NCBI GenBank assembly: GCA_043811535.1 | Contig: JBDRNC010000028.1 | Coordinates: 1-64,000 of the forward strand | DNA: 64,000 bases | Direction: 5' to 3' | DNA from: Elusimicrobiota bacterium | GTDB taxonomy: Bacteria > Elusimicrobiota > Endomicrobiia > Endomicrobiales > JBDRNC01 | In this document: positions 56,184-64,000 of the stretch, in pieces | Numbering within the stretch: the stretch's first letter is position 1 | How the letters are laid out: each line of letters begins with the position of its first letter | Made by a program: the position numbers and the translations under genes | Notes under the pieces: model-generated | The model's input: the letters and a program-made list of their open reading frames with translations, nothing else | Database searches by the model: none | Told to the model about the DNA's origin: nothing

Positions 56184-59100
56184 TTATCTTGCAAGAATTA
56201 TTGTTCCGTTGACCGCCGTGCCGTCGCCTTCTATCTGGTATATGTAGACGCCCTTCCTCGCGCCGTTCCCGTCCCACTCAAGCGTTACGGTAGTCGCAGT
56301 CATATCGCCTACCGCTTTCAGGTCAGCGACAAATTCCCCGCGCATGTCAAACACCTTGCCGGTTACCTTGTCTCCCGTGGGATTATCTACGTAAAAAGTC
56401 ATTTTTTCGTATGGAGCCGTTCCCGGCGTGAATACTTTCGCCGGATCCAGCGACGCCAGCCCGAAGCTTGAAGCCCTCACCACCTGCCGCAGTTGGTATT
56501 GTCCCGGTTTTGTAACGCGTATGGCAACGCGTTTCTTTATTTCATCCATATATCCGCCGATGCGTATGAACTCGACGCCGTTGTGCCAGTAGACTGACAA
56601 TTCTCCCGGCGAAAAACCCTGCGCGAAAGAAATGCCCGGCGCCGCAGACAGCGAACTGTATGAGAACTGCAGCGTTACAGGCGTGGAGAATTTATAATCG
56701 GTTATCTCGGTGAAATTCGAATCCCTTATCCTAAGGTCGTAAACCCTGAGTGTCTTTCCGGCTTCTTTGCCCGTGTCGCGGTTGAATTCAACGGCAAGAT
56801 CATCGTTCCATTTATTGTTTTCCGCGAGCAGTGATTTGGAAACATCGGAAGGAAGTTCGGCCGTCACCTGCTGGTCCGAAGAGACAAGATTCATTTTTTC
56901 CGGATTCAGCGATTCTATTATCAGCGAATTCCCTCCTTCTATTCCCGAGCTGTCCACGGCTTTTACCATATAATAAAACTGGCCGCCCTGAACCGCCGTG
57001 TCCGTATAACTCTTGGTCCCGGCCGGCACGAACGCGTAAACGTTTCCCGACCACATTGACTGGATTGACAGCGACCTGTATATGTTGTAGCCGGCAAGGT
57101 CGTCAAGGACATTGCCGTCGTTATTCCTGGTAACCGCGCTCCAATACAGCGTGATACTCTGCTCATCCTGTGAAATCGTTCCTCTGAGCCCTGCCGGCGA
57201 CGCCGGCCTGTTTATGACGGGCACTGTAAAGCTGAATACCTTGCTGCAAGTTGTTTCAAGCGCCTTTATATCGCGCGAGATTACCTTCCAGTAATATGTC
57301 TTGTTCTCTGACAGCAACGATGTCACCGCGTACTGTATATCCGACAGATTCGAGGCCTGCAGGTAAATCGATGAAAAATCAGATACTATCGTTGAAATAA
57401 CCAATGTATAAGTTACATCGTCGTTCAAGTCATTATCCACTGATTTTGACCATGTAAAAATAGGCTTCTTTGTGCTGACAACGGCCCCGTCCGCCGGTGA
57501 TATCAGATTGAATGCCAGCGGCGGATTATTCGTCATAGATATGGCGAATGTTCCGGTCGTACTGAAAACATAACCCTGTTCGATATCAGAATCGACATGA
57601 ATGAAATAACTTCCTTGATATTGGTACCCGCTCGCCCTTACGCGCCAATAATACGTGCTCTGATCCAGCAGATTGCTCAGCGGCTGATAAAAATTATCGG
57701 TTCCGGTAGGTATCGCCTGGCTTCCGGTGAAATTCTGGTCTATGGAAATATCAATATAGTACCTTACGATATCGGCGGGGTCTATGTCTATCGCGGCGTC
57801 CCAGAAGAACCAGGGTTTAAGCGTCGTGGATATTGTGACACCAAACGGTTCTTGGATTGCAAAAGCCTGCGGGAGCTCCTTTTCTATGTCGGTATACGCC
57901 ATCCTTGTCTGGTTTGACTGCCTGATCCGACCGTCTGAACCGATAGCGTCCACTCGCCAGTAGTATTTCATATTGTCCACGGGCAGATTCACTATAGTCC
58001 ATGAAGATGAAAGCCCGGTCACTGTCGTGCTCGACGCGAAGTTCAGGATATTTGAATAGCTGAGGTTATACGAGACTGAATTGAACGGGTCCGGGTCCGA
58101 CGTCATTTCCCAGTAAAACGTCACTTTGAGCGAAAGCTCGCGCGTGTTGTCGGCCGGCGAAATCAGGTTGAACGCGAGAGGAGCTTCCGGAACCGCATTG
58201 ATGACGACGTAATACGTCGTATCGCTCATCGTGTAAATCAGCCCGTCAAATACCCATACGCGCCAGTAATAAGTCACATTGTCCGTCAGCGCGGGCGTCG
58301 TGTAATTAAGGCCCGAAATCCCCGCGGACGAAACATAACTTGAGAAATTCTCATAAAGCGAGTAATCAACCTTGTATGAAATCAGGTCCCCGGGGTCAAT
58401 GTCGCTTGATGCAGTCCATGAAAGGCGCGGCGTCGCCGTGTTCGTGCTCACCGCGTTCGGTTCTACAAGCGTAAACGACTCGGGCGCTGAGTTTACGGCG
58501 TTTATCCTGATTGTATATATAGATGCCGACCAGATCAAAGCGTTATCTTCGTCGTTCGCAAGCACTTTCCAGTAAACGCTCTTATCTTCCATCAGGTCGT
58601 CCGGCACGCCGTAAGAAAGCGCCGTGCCCGCGGAAACCGCCGTTGTCACATTCAATTCGAAATTCTGGTCCGTGGAGTAGTAAACCGTATATGAAACCGT
58701 GTCGCCGTATACGGCATTCGAATCAACGGAACCGAGCCATTGCAGAACCGGCATGGTTATCTGGGAAATATAATTGTTTTCGGGCAGGTTAAGATCGAAG
58801 GCGCCCGGCGCGGCGTTCACCGGCCCGGCGCTCGGCGTGTCAACGGAAACTCCAGACCAGTTATCGCGTTCATCGGATGTTTTTACATTGAAATAGTAAG
58901 TTACACTGTTTTCAAGTCCCGTTATTGTATAGTAAACTGTCGTCCCCTGCACGGCAGACGTGGATATCGCGATGACGGTCGCGGGATACAAATCGTCCTG
59001 GCTCGTGGAATATTTGATTTCAAAGCTGCCGCCGCTTATGTCATCCGAATAACCGTTGTCTCCGGGAACCGTCCATGCGAGAACAGCCCCGCGCCAGAAA

Positions 59101-61460
59101 GGCGAAGCCGTGAAACTCGTGACCGGCGACGGGGCCGTCACGTCTATCTGGGACCAGGCCGTTGCCCCAATGGATACCGCGGACCAGTTGCCGGATTCAT
59201 CAGCGGACCATATCCTGAAATAATATGTCACGCCTTCGCCCAGGCCGTTAAGCATCAGGTAGTTTGAAGTGCCGGCGGCGGCTGTCGTCGTTATATCCAG
59301 CTGGAAGCTGTCCGTCGTGAATTCTTTCAGATCGTTCGTAGTCCAGTCAAGCCTGAACTTCCCTCCCGTGATATTCCCCGTCTGAGTATCGTAATCCTCG
59401 GGCGGGGTTGACCATATAAGATTTATTTTTCCTTCCGCCGCGCCGGTTGCGGCGCTGATATTCGTTATGTTATATGGCCCTCTAAGGTCAGGCATGTAAA
59501 CCGACGTCACCGCGGTTGGCAGCGACTCCAGTATCGCGCTGGTAAGCCCGCTGCCCGCAGGCCCGTCGCCGAGGTCCCTTGTGGCCAGCATGTAATAATA
59601 GGTGGTTTCTTTCCTGAGTTGGTTTGTCCCTCCGCCGGTCGAATCGTTGTAAGACGTTCCGGGATTGTAAGTGGATACTTCCACCGAGAAAGTTGCGTTG
59701 CCTGTAAGCGTGAAATTGAACGTGGCCCTGTATATTACATAGCCCTTTTTGTCGTCGTAACCCGGTATGGAGGTATGGCTCCACTGGATGGATACTGTGG
59801 TTTCGGTGACGGCATAGGCGGAAACAAGAGCCGGAGCGGAAGGGATATTGTCCCTTGCGACCGTTGAACGTATCACGGAAAGCGGCGAATAATTTCCCGC
59901 TTCATCAAGGGCTTTTATGCCGAAGTAATACGTGGCTCCCGGATAAAGCCCGGTAACTATCAGTTCTTCGGGGTCGCCCGGCGTTGTCGGAGATATGCTT
60001 TGCGTGATAGTTGAAACCACCGTCATGCCGAATTCGCCGTCCGTAAAAGAAAAAGTCGCTTTTTTTACGATATATGACGCTACCAGTTCTGACGTGTCGT
60101 CATCGTACGGCGCGAGCCACTGGAGCCTTGCCTCCCCGTCGTTCGTGACCAGGTCGGACCTTGCCGCGGAAAATGTCGGGGCCTGCGGGTTAGCGCTGGC
60201 GGTCATGGTGGAGATTGTGATTTTTTCGGTCGCCGCGGGAGCCGCGGAAGAGTTTGCGGCCCATAACCTGTAATAGTAGGTGGTCTTCTCTTTAAGCCCT
60301 GTATCCTGGTGAGTCGTGTTCGCCAGGAGCGCGACTATCTGCGCGAAGTTTCCGTTATAAGTCGAGCGTTCTATGCTGTAACGGGTATAACCCTGGTTGC
60401 CGTTAGCGGTCCATTGCAGATTTATGGATGTCGTTCCGGGCTGAAGCGGAGAGAAAATGTCATAAGGCGGATTTGCTAATGAATACAGCACCCCGCCCGG
60501 CGATGAGTCGGAATTTATGAACCCGTTGAACGCCTGTATTATTACGGACGAGGAAGTATCCGGGGTAAGCCCTGTCTGTATCCAATAGGTATCTGACGCC
60601 AGGAGATCGTCATCCACCGTATCTCCCGAAGAGGTAAGTATGACTCTGTAGCCCGCCGCGCCGCTTGCCGGATCCCATGCCCAGTTGATGGAAGTGGTGG
60701 AATACGCGGCGCAGTAAGCGGAAAAGGACGGCGCCGATACGTCTACGGTCGGCACGGTGCTTACGGCCTCGCTGTACGCCCCGGCATTGCCGGTATAGTC
60801 CTCCGCGCGCACCTTATAATAATATGTATTGCCGTTAACCAGATTCAGGATGTCATAATGAGTTGTTTCCGGAGCGAGTATATTGGTAAGAAGCAAAAAT
60901 CCGTCAGTCGACGACCAGCTTGAGCGTTCAATCCTGTACTGTTTTAGGTCAATTTCGGCGTTGGCGTACCATGAAAGATTAACAAGCAGATCGCCGCAAA
61001 CCGCGGCCAGATTCATGACCTGGGCAGGGGAAGTATCAAGAACCGCGGCGAAGTTGGCGTTGTTGACTTCCGCGACTTCCGCGGAAGAGTACCAGATGCC
61101 GTAGACGGTATCTGAATCCACGGCGACCATGGCGAAATAAAGAGTCGCGCCCGGCGTCAATCCGGTCAGGGCCCGCGATTCGGCCGAACCGCTTGAAACA
61201 AGATTGGCCCAGCTCTGAATGTAAGTGCTTGTCCATGAAGCGTAAAAATCGGAATTGTTTATCTGGCTGGTGGCGTACTTTACAAGGTAGGCTGTGGGGG
61301 TGGATAATTCTATGCCCGTATCGGGCACCGTCCACTCAAGGAGTATCTGGCCCTCCGTGTCCGTAGACAACGCGGTAAGGTTTGATATCCCTTCGGGTTG
61401 AGCAAAGGAATATACCGGAGCTAAAATTAAAAATGATAGAAAAATTAAGTGTTTTTTCAT
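56184..61460 (-). CDS. Large secreted FN3/Ig-repeat protein with T9SS-like C-terminal sorting domain (~1758 aa)
   Basis: Signal peptide MKKHLIFLSFLILAPVYSFA; many LxW..GxTYYF FN3 repeats; C-terminus FTPG...VFDMRGEFV...WDG...GVYIYQIE...NGTIILAR. Confidence 0.88.
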   Translation of the reverse strand: MKKHLIFLSFLILAPVYSFAQPEGISNLTALSTDTEGQILLEWTVPDTGIELSTPTAYLVKYATSQINNSDFYASWTSTYIQSWANLVSSGSAESRALTGLTPGATLYFAMVAVDSDTVYGIWYSSAEVAEVNNANFAAVLDTSPAQVMNLAAVCGDLLVNLSWYANAEIDLKQYRIERSSWSSTDGFLLLTNILAPETTHYDILNLVNGNTYYYKVRAEDYTGNAGAYSEAVSTVPTVDVSAPSFSAYCAAYSTTSINWAWDPASGAAGYRVILTSSGDTVDDDLLASDTYWIQTGLTPDTSSSVIIQAFNGFINSDSSPGGVLYSLANPPYDIFSPLQPGTTSINLQWTANGNQGYTRYSIERSTYNGNFAQIVALLANTTHQDTGLKEKTTYYYRLWAANSSAAPAATEKITISTMTASANPQAPTFSAARSDLVTNDGEARLQWLAPYDDDTSELVASYIVKKATFSFTDGEFGMTVVSTITQSISPTTPGDPEELIVTGLYPGATYYFGIKALDEAGNYSPLSVIRSTVARDNIPSAPALVSAYAVTETTVSIQWSHTSIPGYDDKKGYVIYRATFNFTLTGNATFSVEVSTYNPGTSYNDSTGGGTNQLRKETTYYYMLATRDLGDGPAGSGLTSAILESLPTAVTSVYMPDLRGPYNITNISAATGAAEGKINLIWSTPPEDYDTQTGNITGGKFRLDWTTNDLKEFTTDSFQLDITTTAAAGTSNYLMLNGLGEGVTYYFRIWSADESGNWSAVSIGATAWSQIDVTAPSPVTSFTASPFWRGAVLAWTVPGDNGYSDDISGGSFEIKYSTSQDDLYPATVIAISTSAVQGTTVYYTITGLENSVTYYFNVKTSDERDNWSGVSVDTPSAGPVNAAPGAFDLNLPENNYISQITMPVLQWLGSVDSNAVYGDTVSYTVYYSTDQNFELNVTTAVSAGTALSYGVPDDLMEDKSVYWKVLANDEDNALIWSASIYTIRINAVNSAPESFTLVEPNAVSTNTATPRLSWTASSDIDPGDLISYKVDYSLYENFSSYVSSAGISGLNYTTPALTDNVTYYWRVWVFDGLIYTMSDTTYYVVINAVPEAPLAFNLISPADNTRELSLKVTFYWEMTSDPDPFNSVSYNLSYSNILNFASSTTVTGLSSSWTIVNLPVDNMKYYWRVDAIGSDGRIRQSNQTRMAYTDIEKELPQAFAIQEPFGVTISTTLKPWFFWDAAIDIDPADIVRYYIDISIDQNFTGSQAIPTGTDNFYQPLSNLLDQSTYYWRVRASGYQYQGSYFIHVDSDIEQGYVFSTTGTFAISMTNNPPLAFNLISPADGAVVSTKKPIFTWSKSVDNDLNDDVTYTLVISTIVSDFSSIYLQASNLSDIQYAVTSLLSENKTYYWKVISRDIKALETTCSKVFSFTVPVINRPASPAGLRGTISQDEQSITLYWSAVTRNNDGNVLDDLAGYNIYRSLSIQSMWSGNVYAFVPAGTKSYTDTAVQGGQFYYMVKAVDSSGIEGGNSLIIESLNPEKMNLVSSDQQVTAELPSDVSKSLLAENNKWNDDLAVEFNRDTGKEAGKTLRVYDLRIRDSNFTEITDYKFSTPVTLQFSYSSLSAAPGISFAQGFSPGELSVYWHNGVEFIRIGGYMDEIKKRVAIRVTKPGQYQLRQVVRASSFGLASLDPAKVFTPGTAPYEKMTFYVDNPTGDKVTGKVFDMRGEFVADLKAVGDMTATTVTLEWDGNGARKGVYIYQIEGDGTAVNGTIILAR

Positions 61461-61524
61461 ACCCCAATATCCACTACTTTTAACTTTAACAGATACCCGT
61501 TGAATTGTCAATATGATTTTAGTC

Positions 61525-61676
61525 ACGACGATTACACAGATTTTCAACAAAGATTACACAGATATATACTACGATTTCACAGATTATTTACGGCGATTTC
61601 ACAGATTACAGGCAGTGTCTGTGTAATTATTGTTGAAATCTGTGCAATCGTCTTTCATAATCGGTGTAATCGTTGT
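61525..61676. repeat. Inverted nonamer array (GATTACAC / GTGTAATC family)
   Basis: Repeated gattacacaga / gatttcacaga, then tctgtgtaat, tctgtgcaatc, tcggtgtaatc; same family as 40821-41128. Confidence 0.8.
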
Positions 61677-61712
61677 AAAAAAAATATCCGAACGCCTTGC
61701 GGCTGTCCGGAT
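61677..61712 (-). terminator. Intrinsic terminator in the riboswitch leader
   Basis: Minus strand atccggac-agcc-gcaa-ggc-gttcggat followed by A and T8. Confidence 0.75.
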
Positions 61713-61806
61713 TACTGAACAGATAAAAACCGTACGTTGAAATGTTAAAGTTGTATGTGTTTTGTCATTCCACATTTCGCTTTAACCATTCCACAGTCTT
61801 TACTGG

Positions 61807-61952
61807 TTCGGTAACCCGGCGAACCTTAACGGCAGACGGAAGATTGAAGTTTGAAGAAGGAAGTAAAGACTTTTTTGCTTCCGTCTTCCTTCTTCCGTCT
61901 TGTCGTTACTAGGTCCCGTGGCTTTGCGTCCTCCGGTTACCCGGAGTTTGCC
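61807..61952 (-). promoter_or_regulatory. c-di-GMP-I (GEMM-I) riboswitch with enlarged P3
   Basis: Minus strand: cgataaaGGCAAACtccggGTAAccggagGACGCAAAGCcacgggacctag...ggttcgccGGGTTACCGAA. Confidence 0.9.
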
Positions 61953-62043
61953 TTTATCGGAGTTGAGCTACCTCAAAAACAACTACATAACAATCAATAG
62001 CAGACATCTGTTCGCTTGTCAAGGGCTTTTTTAAAATAACTGC

Positions 62044-62133
62044 GTTGACGGTTATCAGTTGACAGTTGACTGTCTACAGTATTCCGTTGTTTTTATGTCC
62101 TTCTGTCAACCGTCAACTGTGAACTGTCATCTG
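62044..62133. repeat. Inverted heptamer array (GTTGACA / TGTCAAC)
   Basis: gttgacggttatcagttgacagttgac ... ctgtcaaccgtcaactgtgaactgtca. Confidence 0.8.
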
Positions 62134-62143
62134 TTGTTATATT

Positions 62144-64000
62144 TCAGTTTTCCCTGCTCATGAACGATCTGATAACGAATACCGTGGCTATCGTGAAAAA
62201 AACCGCGGCCAGGGCGTATCTCACTCCGTTTGTCAGGCCTATCGCCAATTCAAGGGCGAGCAGGCCGAAAAGAGTGGTAAATTTGATTGTCGGGTTCATC
62301 GCTACGGATGATGTGTCCTTGAACGGATCGCCTACCGTATCGCCGACAACCGTCGCTTTATGAAGATCCGTGCCTTTCTCTTTCATGTCAACTTCAACTA
62401 TCTTTTTCGCGTTGTCCCACGCGCCGCCGGCGTTCGCCATGAATATCGCCTGGAAAAGGCCGAAGAGCGCTATTGAGATAAGGTACCCGATGAAGAAGTA
62501 GGAGTTGAAGCAGGCGTAAGCCAGAGTGCTGAAGAATATCACGAGAAAGAGGTTCAACATTCCTTTCTGAGCGTATTTGGTGCAGATCTCGACGACTTTC
62601 TTGCTGTCTTCCTGAGACGCTTTTGCCGCGCCGTCCAGCTTCATATTCTGCTTGATGAAGTCGACGGCTTTATACGCGCCTACGGTGACGGCGTGCGTGG
62701 AGGCGCCCGTAAACCAGTATATTACCGCGCCGCCCGCTATCAGGCCGAGCAGGAACGGCGGGTGCAGAATGGACAGCTTGTCCATGCCGGTTGTCATGCC
62801 GTTCGTAAGCAGCACTATGATGGAGAATATCATCGTCGTAGCGCCTACGACCGCGGTGCCGATAAGCACGGGTTTGGCGGTCGCCTTGAAGGTGTTGCCC
62901 GCGCCGTCGTTCGCCTCAAGATTATGCTTTGCCTTGGAGAAATCCGGCTCGAAACCGTATTCTTTCTTGATCTCTTCCTTTATGTTGGGTATCGTTTCAA
63001 TAAGCGAAAGTTCGTAAATTGACTGCGCGTTGTCCGTGACGGGGCCGTAAGAGTCAACCGCGATCGTGACCGGGCCCATGCCGAGGAAGCCGAACGCGAC
63101 AAGGCCGAACGCGAAGACCGCGGGCGCTATCATGAGCGCGCTCAAGCCCGCCGTGCTGATGACGAAAGACACACCCATAAGGCCTAGTATCGTCAATCCC
63201 ATCCAGTACGCGCTGAAGTTGCCCGCGACGAAACCGGCAAGGATATTTAGCGACGCTCCGCCGCTTTTTGAGGATTCAACTATGTTCTTCACGAAAGAGC
63301 TTTCCGTTGAGGTGAAAATCTTCACGAGTTCGGGTATGATAGCGCCCGCCATCGTGCCGCACGTGATTATCATCGAGAGCTTCCACCAGATGGTGCCGTC
63401 GCCGACGTTGCCGATGAGCATTTTAGAAATAAGGAACGTAAGCGCCACGGAGATAAACGAAGTCAGCCACACCAGCCAGGTTAAAGGAGATTCAAAATTC
63501 ATCTTATCTACATTGCCGAAACGCGCTTTCTGTATCATGGAATTAATGCTGTAGGAAAGCGTGCTGGCTATGAGCATCGCGAGACGCATGACGAATATCC
63601 ATACGAGCAGTTGGACCTGCAATACCGGCTCCTTGACAGCGAGGAGTATGAACGAGATAAGCGCGACGCCCGTGACGCCGTATGTTTCAAAACCGTCGGC
63701 GGTAGGCCCTACCGAGTCGCCCGCGTTGTCGCCGACGCAGTCCGCGATGACGCCGGGGTTACGCGCGTCATCCTCTTTGACGTTAAAGACGATTTTCATG
63801 AGGTCAGAGCCTATATCGGCGATCTTGGTGAATATTCCGCCCGCGATACGCAGCACGGAAGCGCCGAGCGATTCGCCTATCGCGAAGCCGATGAAACACG
63901 GCCCCGCGTAAGCCGGATCGATGAAAAGCAGAATGCAAAGCATCACAAAAAGTTCTATGCTTATGAGAAGCATCCCGATGCTTATGCCGGCCTGGATCGG
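62144..64000 (-). CDS. hppA: Membrane-bound ion-translocating pyrophosphatase (5' part beyond window)
   Basis: GGIFTKIADIGSDL, EDDARNPGVIADCVGDNAGD, DSYGPVTDNA, GNTFKA, GGAWDNAKK, GDTVGDPFKDTS; frame open to the window edge. Confidence 0.96.
   Translation of the reverse strand, partial: PIQAGISIGMLLISIELFVMLCILLFIDPAYAGPCFIGFAIGESLGASVLRIAGGIFTKIADIGSDLMKIVFNVKEDDARNPGVIADCVGDNAGDSVGPTADGFETYGVTGVALISFILLAVKEPVLQVQLLVWIFVMRLAMLIASTLSYSINSMIQKARFGNVDKMNFESPLTWLVWLTSFISVALTFLISKMLIGNVGDGTIWWKLSMIITCGTMAGAIIPELVKIFTSTESSFVKNIVESSKSGGASLNILAGFVAGNFSAYWMGLTILGLMGVSFVISTAGLSALMIAPAVFAFGLVAFGFLGMGPVTIAVDSYGPVTDNAQSIYELSLIETIPNIKEEIKKEYGFEPDFSKAKHNLEANDGAGNTFKATAKPVLIGTAVVGATTMIFSIIVLLTNGMTTGMDKLSILHPPFLLGLIAGGAVIYWFTGASTHAVTVGAYKAVDFIKQNMKLDGAAKASQEDSKKVVEICTKYAQKGMLNLFLVIFFSTLAYACFNSYFFIGYLISIALFGLFQAIFMANAGGAWDNAKKIVEVDMKEKGTDLHKATVVGDTVGDPFKDTSSVAMNPTIKFTTLFGLLALELAIGLTNGVRYALAAVFFTIATVFVIRSFMSREN

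Noticed and set aside
61461..61550. N-terminal extension of the 1788-aa ORF
   Set aside because: Starts inside the nonamer array; the signal peptide begins at ATG 61460

Overview
Bacterial chromosomal window with features suggestive of Elusimicrobiota or a similar PVC/FCB-adjacent diderm (taxonomy is inference only). The dominant feature is absent from the supplied ORF track: one uninterrupted minus-strand reading frame runs from ATG 27845 off the left edge. It encodes at least 9281 aa, with a signal peptide and about 70 tandem Trp-rich Ig-like repeats. It is the last visible gene of a tightly coupled operon: HEAT protein, two B12 radical SAM enzymes, flippase-like protein and two TMTC-like GT-C/TPR glycosyltransferases. 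The gene run is led by a sigma70 promoter and a c-di-GMP-I riboswitch. A second c-di-GMP-I riboswitch, carrying an embedded heptamer-repeat hairpin, leads a second minus-strand cluster: a ~1760-aa FN3 protein with a T9SS-like C-terminal sorting domain, a PorP/PorV-like barrel fused to LysM domains, a soluble coiled-coil histidine kinase and two receiver-TM-beta-propeller proteins. Between the two clusters lie housekeeping genes (NUDIX, ndk, pckG, DUF89, EamA, mnmG, SemiSWEET, QueG-like, PDZ, rsmG, HEAT, yjbQ), and a partial hppA is at the right edge. Most intergenic spaces carry inverted arrays of 7-, 8- or 9-mer repeats. One pair encloses a four-helix-bundle gene and two arrays encode parts of signal peptides. 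No tRNA, rRNA, CRISPR array or transposase was recognised. All family calls come from motif recognition by eye, not database searches.
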